Virus record (IMG/VR): IMGVR_UViG_3300012990_000009
Location: 1-28,018 of that record
Reading direction: 5' to 3' (one strand)
Length of the DNA: 28,018 nucleotides
From: a virus
Lineage: Duplodnaviria > Caudoviricetes
Shown: one piece after another, positions 17,422 through 26,146 of the stretch
Position numbering within the stretch: the stretch's first letter is position 1
Layout: each line of letters begins with the position of its first letter
Notes under the pieces: generated by a model
Told to the model about the DNA's origin: nothing
Databases searched by the model: none
What the model saw: only the letters and a program-made list of their open reading frames with translations
Program-made: the position numbers and the translations under genes

Positions 17422-19139
17422 GCGTCTATAACTTCCGCGATGGCCCGTCCTATACTGCCGCTACACGAGAGGAAATGTTCACGGCGGCTATGGACATGCC
17501 GATGAACGGCGGCGCGACGTTCTGGGATCAGGCCAAGGGTGGCGCGCTCGAAAGCTTTGGCTTGGGCACGGCTATCCGAGAGGCGGCGATTCCTGCCGGA
17601 GAAACGTCGCAACTGAGCACGATGGAGCAGCTAGGGCGCACGGCACAAACCGTTCTTCCTGGCGGCGTTGTCGGTGCTATCGGCACGGCTATTCGGAATT
17701 TCACCGATGAGCCTTCGCCCGTCCTGTCCGAAGACGCCTACAAGGCTTCGCCGTTCTTCCGCGATAACGTGCCGTGGGACGCGGCGATGACGGAACAGCG
17801 TGCCGCCGCGCTTGCCTCGTGGAATGACGCCAAGAAGGTCAGGGAGTATTTTGCGACAAAGCGGCCGATCACGGCATTTTTCGGCAACGTCGCGGGGCAG
17901 GCATTCGACCCGATCAACTACATTCCGGTTGTCGGCCCGTCCGTGCAGGCTGCGGCTGCTGCGCGCGTGGGCAAAGTCATCGGCACGGCAGCGACAGCGT
18001 CAGCCGATGCGGCGCTGAACACCGCGATTGCTGGTATCGCTACGGCTAGTGCGCGAGAACGGTTCGGCGATGACGTGTCTTGGCAGACGCTGGTTTCCGA
18101 GGTCGCGGTTGCTGCGCTGATTGGCTCTGCATTCGGGGGCATTGCTGGCGCCATAGACGTTCGTAGGGCAGGGCGCATTGATGCTCAGGTGCAGGAACGC
18201 CTATCGACGCTCAGGACCACGCAGGAGGCCCGCATTGCCCTGAACGAGGGCATTGATGCTGTGGCGCGGGGCGAGGACATCACCCTATCGCCGAATGCAA
18301 CCGCTGGGGTGGATCGGCTGATGCGTGAAACCCCGGCTGCGCAGGTCTTGGAGCCAGCGCGGCAGGCAACGGCGGCCCCAGATCAGCAGCGGGCGCCGGT
18401 TGCGGCTGAACAAGTCGTGGATCTCCCCGTCTCGGCTGAGGAAGCGCGCCTCGCCCTGATGCGGGTGGAGTACGATATCCAGAGGTTGACGGAGCCCGGC
18501 GAGGACGTCGGCGCCATCATGAATGCTGCGCCTGTAGAGGATGCCGCTCGTGCCGTACAGGAGCAGGAAATCCGCATGGCAAGCCGGCGCATTGAAGCGC
18601 TGCGCAGCGAGGAACCTGTTGGCAACAGTTACGGCCCCGGCCTTCTGCGGAACGAGCAGGCCGCGCCGACTGACGAAGTGTTTGAAACGGGCATGGGCGG
18701 GGCTGAAACCAGAAGCGAACGCGCGGCTGAGGTTGCCAAGGCCGAGGCGCGGCTTGCCGAATTGACCACGCTAGCGGAACGCGGCGAAGTCGCGCGGGAG
18801 TTCGTGCAGGCGATTGAGATGGGCCGGACGATCAACCCCATGGCTGTCCCGCCCGCCCGTCTAGACATGTCTGCGCCGCGCCCCGAGGCTGTCCCTGCTG
18901 GCCGCGCCGAAGCCGAAAAAACGCTTACCCGCGCCGACGATTACAACTCTCTCAAGGCGCAGTATCGCGTCGACCCCGATACCGGCGACTTCCTCGAAAG
19001 CGCTGAAATCGAACAGTTGCGCGCCGAAGGTCGTCTGTCTGAGGAAGACATGGCGACACTTGACGCGGCGCAGGCCGAGCTCGACAACGGAACGGCCTAT
19101 GGCGACGCCCTCAAAGCAGCGGTGGCTTGTATCATCTGA
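17418..19139 (+). CDS. Internal virion/ejection protein
   Basis: 573 aa; DPINYIPVVG motif, hydrophobic Ala/Gly helices, ends AVACII; coupled to both neighbours. Confidence 0.75.
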   Translation: MSVYNFRDGPSYTAATREEMFTAAMDMPMNGGATFWDQAKGGALESFGLGTAIREAAIPAGETSQLSTMEQLGRTAQTVLPGGVVGAIGTAIRNFTDEPSPVLSEDAYKASPFFRDNVPWDAAMTEQRAAALASWNDAKKVREYFATKRPITAFFGNVAGQAFDPINYIPVVGPSVQAAAAARVGKVIGTAATASADAALNTAIAGIATASARERFGDDVSWQTLVSEVAVAALIGSAFGGIAGAIDVRRAGRIDAQVQERLSTLRTTQEARIALNEGIDAVARGEDITLSPNATAGVDRLMRETPAAQVLEPARQATAAPDQQRAPVAAEQVVDLPVSAEEARLALMRVEYDIQRLTEPGEDVGAIMNAAPVEDAARAVQEQEIRMASRRIEALRSEEPVGNSYGPGLLRNEQAAPTDEVFETGMGGAETRSERAAEVAKAEARLAELTTLAERGEVAREFVQAIEMGRTINPMAVPPARLDMSAPRPEAVPAGRAEAEKTLTRADDYNSLKAQYRVDPDTGDFLESAEIEQLRAEGRLSEEDMATLDAAQAELDNGTAYGDALKAAVACII

Positions 19140-22100
19140 TGGCAAAATACACAGCAAGCCCCGACTGCTTCGATGCGGCGAATGTTGCCTCTCGGCAAAA
19201 GCTGACGCGCGAAGAGATTGACGCGGCATTCCAGCGTATTGCTGATTACAAGCAGAAGCTTCAGGCTGAAGGCAAGGTTGACGGCATGGCCGATAGCCTT
19301 CGCACGTTTGCGGAGCGTGAAGCAGAGCGCACGCGGATCGCCGCCGCCATGTCGAAGCGACACGCCGCGCTGAATATTCTCGTGCGCGATCGGCTGGACC
19401 AGGCAATTGCGGGCTTTGTCGCGGCCGGCATGTCGCCGAAGAAGGCAGTTCTTGCCGTACTGGAAGGCACACAGAAGGGCGTCCAGGGCGGGCGCAATTC
19501 GGTCGGGGCAACCAATCTTGCCTATGAGGCGCGCTATCTCGGCGGGCTGTTCGCGGAGGTCCAGAAGAACCGGCCCGATCTCGTCAAGGCCATGCGTGAC
19601 CAGCGGCTAGACGCCGATGTCCTGCGCGAGATGTCTGAACTGCGCGAAGGCGGGCGCCCCGGCATCACTGGCAACAAGGACGCTCAGTACCTTGCCAAAA
19701 CCTTCGCCACATATGCAGAATTGGCGCGAACAGACCTGAACAAGCTCGGGGCATCGATCGGCAAACTGGACGGCTGGGCCGGTGCGCAGACGCACGACGA
19801 CGTGAAGATGATCAAGGCCGGCAAGGAAGCGTGGACCGCCTCCGTCCTGCCGAAGCTCGACACGGGCCGCACCTTTCCGGACGCGGCAAGCGGCGATGAG
19901 ATTGTGGAAATCCTGGGCGATGTCTACGACACCATCATCACCGGTTTCCCAAACCAGGCAACGCCTGCGGAGAAAGGCCAGCGCGTCAACCCGGCCAATC
20001 TGGCGAAGCGCCTCGGCAAGTCGCGCGTTCTGCACTTCAAGGATGCTGATGCCGCGCTCACCTACCGAGAAGAGTTCGGGCTAGGCAACACGGTCTCCGG
20101 CATCATCGGCCATCTGCGCAACTCGGCCCGCGTCGCGGCGAACATGGAAGTACTCGGCCCGAACCCGGAAGTCATGCTCGGGTCCATCATCGACGGGCAG
20201 AAGCGCCGGATCAAAGAAGACCCAAAGCTATCGCCGGCCGACAAGCAGAAGCAGATTCAGCAACTCGACGCCGAAGGTATTCAGCACGCGCTTGGGGTGG
20301 CAACTGGCCTTGTCTCGCGCCCTGTCAACGTCACGGCCGCGCGCATCGGGTCTGACATCCGCGCGGTGCAGTCCATGGCGAAGCTCGGCGGCGCGTTGCT
20401 CTCGTCCGTCTCCGATCCCGTGACGGCGGGTCTAGCGGCGCAGTTTCGCGGTACGGGGTTTGCCAAAGGATTCGCCAACCAAATCGGGGGGATGATGCGC
20501 GGGCGTCCAAAGGGGGAGCAGGCAGAGATTGCGTTCCTTCTAGGTGAAGGCTTCGACGGGCTGATCGGCCACATTGTTTCGCCGGCCGCTGTTGTCGATG
20601 GGCCTGTCGGGCATCTGTCGAAGCTTCAGGAAACGTTCTTTCGGTACAACGGTCTGTCGTGGTGGACCGATGTTCAGCGCGCCACCGCCGGGCGGCTTAT
20701 CTCGGCAGAGATGGGAATGCGGGCCAAGATGCCGTTTGCCGAACTCCCGGCGAATTATCGGCATGTTCTCGGGCTCCATGGCATCAACGAAACCAAGTGG
20801 GAAATCATCCGCACGGCTGGTGCCCGCGAGATTGATGGCAAGTCCTACGTCACGCCGGATGCCATTCGTGATTTAGCCGACGACGCCGTGCAGCCGGTCG
20901 TGCAGGACCGCATCGACGCGGCAAACGCTTCTCTCGAAACCCGCAAGGTCGCTTCGCGGATGCTGGACGACCGCGACAAGGAATGGATTTCCAAGCGCAA
21001 GGAAAAGCTCGATGGCTGGCTAGCCGAATCTGAAAAGCGGCTGGACAGCATGATTGCCGGCAACCAGATCAGGACCGAGATAGACAAGCAGTTGGCGCAG
21101 CGCCGCATCGATCTGGAGAAGGCGCTCATCGAGGAAGCGCGGACGGAAATCGAAGTGCTTGGCGCGTCGCGGGAAATGGACGCGGCCGACGATGTTCGGC
21201 TGCTCTTGGCCGACGCGCGCGGAAGCCGCAAGGACATCGATCGGCTAGCGGAACGCGGGCAGAAGGTTGTCGAACGGTTGGGTCGGCAAGATTTTCGCGG
21301 CGGGCAGGAGCTCGGCCGGAAGTACCAGGCGGCACGGAACCGCATCAGCGGGTTGCGCAAGCAGATTGCCAAACTGGAGCGTGAGGCGAACAAGAAGGAG
21401 GCCGGCGCTTCCCAGCGCCTCCAGGACACGTTCCAGTCTCGGCTTGATGAGTTGAACGAGTTCATGGACCGTGCGTACACGCGCGAGCAGGCGCGGGCTG
21501 ATGCGCTGGCGCGCGATGTCGCGGAGCAGCCGGCCCGGATCAAATCCATCATTGAAGACGGTCGGCGCGAACTGGAACTGTCAATTTTGCGTTTCTTCGC
21601 GGACGAAACCAGCTATGGTGTTGTTAAGGTGGACAGTCGCGCCCGGCGCACTCTCACGCTTGGTAACCGCCCCGGAACGTTTGCTGGCGAGGCCATGCGC
21701 TTCATTGCTCAGTTCAAGGGATTCCCGATCGCGTTCTCGCAACGCGTCGTTGGCCGCGCCATGTTCGGCCAGATGAACGGGCCGAAGTCCTTGACCTATT
21801 GGGGGCATATCGGAACACTGCTGGCCGGCATGACAATGGCAGGATACGCCGCCATGACCATGAAGGATTTGGCCCGTGGCTACTGGCCCCCGCGCGACCC
21901 GACCGACAAGGACACTATTATTGCCGCAATGATTCAGGGCGGCGCCATGGGCATCTATGGCGACTTCCTGTTTTCCCGCGTCAACCGCTTTGGGAGTGGA
22001 ATCGCCGAAACCGCAATTGGCCCCGGGCTTGGATCTGTGTTCGATTTTATCGACCTTATCGCTAAGGCGCGCGATGCCGGGCTTAGTGCTGAAGAGGAAG

Positions 22101-22297
22101 TCAAGGCGTCTGATTGGCTCAATTACGCGCTGCAGAACACGCCATTCATCAACCTGTTTTACACGCGCCCGGCGCTCGACTATCTGTTTTTGAACTCAAT
22201 GCGGGAAGCGGCCAGCCCTGGCTACCTGAAGCGCATGGAGAAGCGCAGGCGCACGGACTACGGGCAAGAAAGCTTCATTCCTCGCGCCCTAAACTGA
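19139..22297 (+). CDS. Large internal virion / DNA-ejection protein
   Basis: 1052 aa from ATG 19139 (TGATG overlap); SRVLHFKDAD, GEAMRFIAQFKGFPIA, QGGAMGIYGDFLF, TPFINLFY. Confidence 0.8.
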   Translation: MAKYTASPDCFDAANVASRQKLTREEIDAAFQRIADYKQKLQAEGKVDGMADSLRTFAEREAERTRIAAAMSKRHAALNILVRDRLDQAIAGFVAAGMSPKKAVLAVLEGTQKGVQGGRNSVGATNLAYEARYLGGLFAEVQKNRPDLVKAMRDQRLDADVLREMSELREGGRPGITGNKDAQYLAKTFATYAELARTDLNKLGASIGKLDGWAGAQTHDDVKMIKAGKEAWTASVLPKLDTGRTFPDAASGDEIVEILGDVYDTIITGFPNQATPAEKGQRVNPANLAKRLGKSRVLHFKDADAALTYREEFGLGNTVSGIIGHLRNSARVAANMEVLGPNPEVMLGSIIDGQKRRIKEDPKLSPADKQKQIQQLDAEGIQHALGVATGLVSRPVNVTAARIGSDIRAVQSMAKLGGALLSSVSDPVTAGLAAQFRGTGFAKGFANQIGGMMRGRPKGEQAEIAFLLGEGFDGLIGHIVSPAAVVDGPVGHLSKLQETFFRYNGLSWWTDVQRATAGRLISAEMGMRAKMPFAELPANYRHVLGLHGINETKWEIIRTAGAREIDGKSYVTPDAIRDLADDAVQPVVQDRIDAANASLETRKVASRMLDDRDKEWISKRKEKLDGWLAESEKRLDSMIAGNQIRTEIDKQLAQRRIDLEKALIEEARTEIEVLGASREMDAADDVRLLLADARGSRKDIDRLAERGQKVVERLGRQDFRGGQELGRKYQAARNRISGLRKQIAKLEREANKKEAGASQRLQDTFQSRLDELNEFMDRAYTREQARADALARDVAEQPARIKSIIEDGRRELELSILRFFADETSYGVVKVDSRARRTLTLGNRPGTFAGEAMRFIAQFKGFPIAFSQRVVGRAMFGQMNGPKSLTYWGHIGTLLAGMTMAGYAAMTMKDLARGYWPPRDPTDKDTIIAAMIQGGAMGIYGDFLFSRVNRFGSGIAETAIGPGLGSVFDFIDLIAKARDAGLSAEEEVKASDWLNYALQNTPFINLFYTRPALDYLFLNSMREAASPGYLKRMEKRRRTDYGQESFIPRALN

Positions 22298-22418
22298 ACA
22301 TGATGCCGACATAGCCGGCGATCCAAAGCAGGCCCCATGTGAACGGGTCGACGCCCGTTCCTAGCCCGGCGAACCCTACTAGCGCCCAAGCGCATGAAAC
22401 GAGAAATAAACGGGCCAA
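22275..22418 (-). CDS. Putative 47-aa two-TM membrane peptide (below the ORF-track cutoff)
   Basis: TTG start, 7 nt after the stop of the upstream gene: MARLFLVSCAWALVGFAGLGTGVDPFTWGLLWIAGYVGIMFSLGREE. No clear RBS. Confidence 0.45.
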   Translation of the reverse strand: MARLFLVSCAWALVGFAGLGTGVDPFTWGLLWIAGYVGIMFSLGREE

Positions 22419-22425
22419 CTATCTG

Positions 22426-22671
22426 CTAAAACCCGAATACCGTCGACAGCGGCGTATCGCGCCCCATCAGATGCAGGAGCGTCCACAATGCCCATGTGAT
22501 AGGCCAGATGAGGGCAAGGAACGCGTCGATCGTTAGGTTGATCAGTATCTTGAATAGCACCGGCGCTCTCGTCGACCATGTGTCGACGACACTAATGATA
22601 TAGGTCACCGGCGAACCAAGCATGAAAATCACGCCAAACGGCGCGGCGAGTATGCGTCCAAGAATTTCCAT
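22426..22671 (-). CDS. Small membrane protein, candidate superinfection exclusion
   Basis: 81 aa, at least two hydrophobic helices, GGGAGGGG RBS before ATG 22671. Confidence 0.75.
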   Translation of the reverse strand: MEILGRILAAPFGVIFMLGSPVTYIISVVDTWSTRAPVLFKILINLTIDAFLALIWPITWALWTLLHLMGRDTPLSTVFGF

Positions 22672-22703
22672 GAGCCCCTCCCACAAAGAGGCCCATCATG
22701 GCG

Positions 22704-22904
22704 TCACTCTTCGGAAAAGTCGAGATAGCGCAGGCCTGTGAGATGGTCTTGCAGCAGAGTGCGGATCGCGTCCGGGCGTGACGCGGATTTTTGATCAGCT
22801 AAGAATTTGTCGAGCGCGGCAAGGAGAGACGGGGGGACGCGGACCGTGATCGGTATCGCGTCAACCCTTGGGCGACCGCCCCTGTTTTTCTTGGTTTCTG
22901 ACAT
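22704..22904 (-). CDS. Ribbon-helix-helix (CopG/Arc/Mnt-like) repressor
   Basis: GRPRVDAIPITVRVPPSLLAALDKFLADQKSASRPDAIRTLL. Confidence 0.85.
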   Translation of the reverse strand: MSETKKNRGGRPRVDAIPITVRVPPSLLAALDKFLADQKSASRPDAIRTLLQDHLTGLRYLDFSEE

Positions 22905-22939
22905 TGACAACCCCATTGGTGGTTTATAATGTCAGAAAC
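22894..22939 (+). promoter_or_regulatory. Promoter of the antirepressor operon bracketed by a 12-bp inverted repeat
   Basis: TTGACA (22904-22909) and TATAAT (22925-22930) with a 15-nt spacer, or TAATGT with 17 nt. Arms GTTTCTGACATT (22894-22905) and AATGTCAGAAAC (22928-22939). Confidence 0.7.
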
Positions 22940-23010
22940 GTAACGGGCCGACAAGGTGCTACCCACACCAAGCCGGCCCTAACCGAAACCCGATCGAATG
23001 GAGATCGAGC

Positions 23011-23316
23011 ATGGCTACCGATTCCAATATCACGCGGGATGACCGCTGGGCAAACGTCTCTGAGCCGATGGCTGTGCCGGACGTTTCCGTGAGTGACGTC
23101 CTGGATGTCGAGCTGGTCGATGAAGGGCTGTACCGCGTGACGTTCGTCACCAAGCAGCGCAGCGTTCACGACCGCAAGACCGAAAGCGTCATCTGCCTAC
23201 GCGTCGTCATGACCGGAGCAGCGCTGGAGCGTTCCGGGCTGGCGCTGCTTCACGGGAAACAGACGGCGGCAATCGACGCGGACACGTTCGCCGAGATGCC
23301 GGCGCAAGTGAACTGA
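23011..23316 (+). CDS. Hypothetical protein, first gene of the antirepressor operon
   Basis: 101 aa; GGAG RBS inside a small hairpin. Confidence 0.7.
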   Translation: MATDSNITRDDRWANVSEPMAVPDVSVSDVLDVELVDEGLYRVTFVTKQRSVHDRKTESVICLRVVMTGAALERSGLALLHGKQTAAIDADTFAEMPAQVN

Positions 23317-23329
23317 GGGAGGCGAGACC

Positions 23330-24112
23330 ATGACCGCACAAACCGCACTGATCGACGCTTCCCGCAACCCAATTGTGTTTACGAAGGACGGCGAGGTGTT
23401 CGCCAGCAGCCGTGACGTGTCCGTGTTCTTTGGCAAGGAAGTAAAACACGTCCACGAAGCAATCCGCAATCTCATCGCGCAAGAGCCACGCCTTGGCCGG
23501 ACGAATTTTCGACCGTTCAAAATCAATGACTTAACCGGCGAAAGCACGTCCTACTACGAGATGGACCGCGACGGCTTCACGCTCCTTGCCATGGGCTTCA
23601 CCGGCTCCAAGGCGCTCAAGTGGAAGCTCCGCTACATCGAGGCGTTCAACGCGATGGAAGCGGAGCTTCGGCGCATCGCCAACTCGGGGCCGACGATCGA
23701 CCTGAACGATCCCGGCGCGCTGCGCAATCTTCTCCTGACCTATTCGGAGAAGGCGATGGTTCTCGAAAAGCGCGTGCAGGAACTGCTTCCGTCGCAGGAG
23801 GCGTTGCAGCGCATTTCGGAGGCGGACGGCTCCCTGTGCATCACGGACGCGGCGAAGGCACTCCAGATGCGCCCGAAAGACCTGTTCGAATGGCTTCGGC
23901 AGAACGGCTGGATCTACCGGCGCCCTGGCACGTCGCACGATCTCGGCTACCAGTCGAAAACAACGTCTGGCCTTCTGGAGCACAAGGTGACGACCGTCCT
24001 CAAGGCCGATGGTTCGGAGAAGGTGACGGAACAGGTGCGAGTGACGCCGCGCGGACTGACGAAGCTAGCGGCGCTGATCAAGCCGCCAGTCAGCCTTGCG
24101 GTATCGGCATAA
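23330..24112 (+). CDS. Rha-family regulator with C-terminal ANT/KilAC antirepressor domain
   Basis: SSRDVSVFFGKEVKHV..AIRNL, YEMDRDGFTLLAMGFTGSKALKWKLRYIEAFNAME; ADGSLCITDAAKAL...LFEWLRQNGWIY...QVRVTPRGLTKLA. Confidence 0.92.
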   Translation: MTAQTALIDASRNPIVFTKDGEVFASSRDVSVFFGKEVKHVHEAIRNLIAQEPRLGRTNFRPFKINDLTGESTSYYEMDRDGFTLLAMGFTGSKALKWKLRYIEAFNAMEAELRRIANSGPTIDLNDPGALRNLLLTYSEKAMVLEKRVQELLPSQEALQRISEADGSLCITDAAKALQMRPKDLFEWLRQNGWIYRRPGTSHDLGYQSKTTSGLLEHKVTTVLKADGSEKVTEQVRVTPRGLTKLAALIKPPVSLAVSA

Positions 24113-24141
24113 CGCCTATCGGTTTTGGTCGGCGGACCTGT

Positions 24142-24170
24142 GGGGGGCGGTTCTTCGGAGCCGCCCTTTG
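24142..24170 (+). terminator. Terminator after the antirepressor
   Basis: GGGCGGTTC-TTCG-GAGCCGCCC followed by TTTG. Confidence 0.65.
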
Positions 24171-24189
24171 CCATTGATAGAGGGCGCAC

Positions 24190-24462
24190 ATGATTTCCCT
24201 GCAATCCATCGCCGCCGCTATCGGCCGCTCTGTCCAGATCGATGAAGCCGCCCGCGCTGAGCAAGCCCGGTTCATCAAAGCAAAACGGCAGGAGCAGGAC
24301 CGCATCGATCAACTCTGGCGACAAGAACAGGAACGGCGCCGGATTGCCGATCTAGACGAAGACGGTTCGCGAGCTGCGGCGCGGCTGGCTCGCGAGCAAG
24401 AGGCCGAAGACCAGCGCTTGGCCGAAATGACGGCAATGATCGTCCGGCAGACGCGCCGCTAG
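24190..24462 (+). CDS. Hypothetical charged helical protein
   Basis: 90 aa R/E/Q/A-rich; AGAGGG RBS; lies between two terminators. Confidence 0.6.
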   Translation: MISLQSIAAAIGRSVQIDEAARAEQARFIKAKRQEQDRIDQLWRQEQERRRIADLDEDGSRAAARLAREQEAEDQRLAEMTAMIVRQTRR

Positions 24463-24488
24463 TCCAACAACATTCGACAACTGCAACG

Positions 24489-24514
24489 GGGCTGCTCATC
24501 GAGCGGCCCTTTTT
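24489..24514 (+). terminator. Intrinsic terminator
   Basis: GGGCTGCTC-ATC-GAGCGGCCC-TTTTT. Confidence 0.75.
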
Positions 24515-24530
24515 CCATGGCGGGAACACG

Positions 24531-25475
24531 ATGGCATTTACACCTGAAACCATCAGCGTGATTGCGCAGCCGATTGGCGGGCTGGGTCTGCGTCTGGTCT
24601 CGTACCGATCGGATGATGCGGTCGGCACTATCACGGGCACGGATTATTTTGCGAATGCAATCCGGTACGGGCTGCGGGTCGGGGATCTGATCTTTGTCTC
24701 GGCGATCTCCGGTGAGGTCGACACGTACATCGTGACGATCGACGCGGTTGATGCGGATGGGAATGGCACGGCTGCGGCGGCTGCGGCAGGGCTGACATCG
24801 GGCGACATCGGCGCCACGGTGCAGGCATACAGCGCTAACCTCGACGCATGGTCGGCAGTTGCCCCGTCCAGCTACCTAACAACGGCTGCGGCGGCTTCGA
24901 CCTATCTCACGTCGGCCACTGCGGCGTCGACGTATCTCACCAGCGCCACGGCTGCGTCAACGTACCTGACGACGACGGCGGCGGCGGCCGGCTATCAGCC
25001 ACTTGACGCTGACCTGACAGCTATTGCAGCGCTGACTACAGCAGCATATGGCCGGGGCTTCCTCGAATACGCGAACGAAGCCGCCTTCAAGGCTGGCGTC
25101 AATCTAGAAGCCGATGTGGACTTCAATGCCTATGACGCGCAACTGTCTTCGCTCATCCGGCAGAACAGCCAGAGCGCCGCATACACGCTTGTTCTCGGCG
25201 ACGGCGGGAAACACATATTCCACCCGAGCGCGGACACTACGGCGCGGATATGGACCATCCCCGCCAACTCCAGCGTGGCGTTTCCGATCGGCACTGCGGT
25301 GACGTTCATCAACCAAGCCAGCGCTGGCGTGATCACGATCGCCATCACGACGGACACCATGAGGCTGGCCGGCGCCGGAACGACGGGCTCGCGCACGCTG
25401 GCGGCCAACGGCATCGCTACGGCGGTGAAGGTCACCGCGACGGAGTGGATCATTTCCGGGTCGGGGCTGACCTGA
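24531..25475 (+). CDS. Fibre protein with a decoration-like N-terminal domain (putative head fibre)
   Basis: N-terminus aligns by eye with 9094..9378; 10-aa repeat shaft; YQPLDADLTAIAAL; C-terminal AYTLVLGDGGK...WTIPAN..VAFPIGT...WIISGSGLT. Confidence 0.75.
   Translation: MAFTPETISVIAQPIGGLGLRLVSYRSDDAVGTITGTDYFANAIRYGLRVGDLIFVSAISGEVDTYIVTIDAVDADGNGTAAAAAAGLTSGDIGATVQAYSANLDAWSAVAPSSYLTTAAAASTYLTSATAASTYLTSATAASTYLTTTAAAAGYQPLDADLTAIAALTTAAYGRGFLEYANEAAFKAGVNLEADVDFNAYDAQLSSLIRQNSQSAAYTLVLGDGGKHIFHPSADTTARIWTIPANSSVAFPIGTAVTFINQASAGVITIAITTDTMRLAGAGTTGSRTLAANGIATAVKVTATEWIISGSGLT
24873..24992 (+). repeat. Four in-frame 30-bp tandem repeats
   Basis: YLTTAAAAST, YLTSATAAST, YLTSATAAST, YLTTTAAAAG. 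Confidence 0.85.
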
Positions 25476-26107
25476 TGCCGGCGGTCATGCAGCAAGTACT
25501 CGCGGCGGGCGGGCCGTCGGCGGCGGTAACCTACGTCGGGTCGTCCAGTTCGGCGTCAACGACACTCACGGTGCCTACGCACCAAGCCGGAGACCTGATC
25601 ATCATCGCCGCTCGGCGGTCTGGCGACGTCACGCCTCCGTCTTTGCCTGCGGGGTGGACAGACATTCAGAGTGGCGGCGCGGACATTTTCTCGTCGCGGG
25701 TCGCGTACATCGTAGCCTCAGGCAGCGGCACATCCTCCGGCACCTGGACGAACGCCAGCCACCTGACATGCGTGGTGTATCGGCCGATCAATGGCACGCT
25801 CAGCATCGGCGCGTCGGCAGCGGCAAATGGAACGGGCGCAAGCGTAAGCTGGTCCGCGCTCACACTGGCTGCAACGAATGGCCTCAGTTGGGTGGCGGGG
25901 TTCTACCTCAGCAGCGCAAGTTCATTGCCGACTGTTGCTCGGTCAGATCTGACCGCGCGAGTGTATCAAGTCGGAATTTCCACCATCGTCAACGCGGCCG
26001 GGGACACGAACGCGCCTGTCACATCGTGGTCGTCCGACACCACAACAGGACCGGACCCGAACACCTGGCGAACAGTCGCTGTTGAGATTCAGATCACGCC
26101 GACCTGA
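25475..26107 (+). CDS. Beta-rich fibre partner / adhesin-like tip protein
   Basis: 210 aa from ATG 25475 (TGATG overlap); LTVPTHQAGDLIIIAA...PSLPAGWT; Ser/Thr-rich. Confidence 0.7.
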   Translation: MPAVMQQVLAAGGPSAAVTYVGSSSSASTTLTVPTHQAGDLIIIAARRSGDVTPPSLPAGWTDIQSGGADIFSSRVAYIVASGSGTSSGTWTNASHLTCVVYRPINGTLSIGASAAANGTGASVSWSALTLAATNGLSWVAGFYLSSASSLPTVARSDLTARVYQVGISTIVNAAGDTNAPVTSWSSDTTTGPDPNTWRTVAVEIQITPT

Positions 26108-26146
26108 CCGCCTCCCTTCTCCCCCATCAATCCCGAAAGGACAGAC

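Noticed and set aside
5147-21552. Long minus-strand ORFs (e.g. 5993..6784, 8211..9095, 12871..14097, 15592..16485, 20845..21552)
   Set aside because: Antisense shadows of GC-rich genes with no recognisable motifs.
24873-24992. CRISPR-like periodic repeat
   Set aside because: In-frame degenerate coding repeats with no spacers and no cas genes.
1134-26142. Recurrent CGAAAGGA(A)C at 1134, 8230 and 26134 as a phage promoter motif
   Set aside because: Each lies at Shine-Dalgarno distance from an ATG, so a strong RBS explains it.
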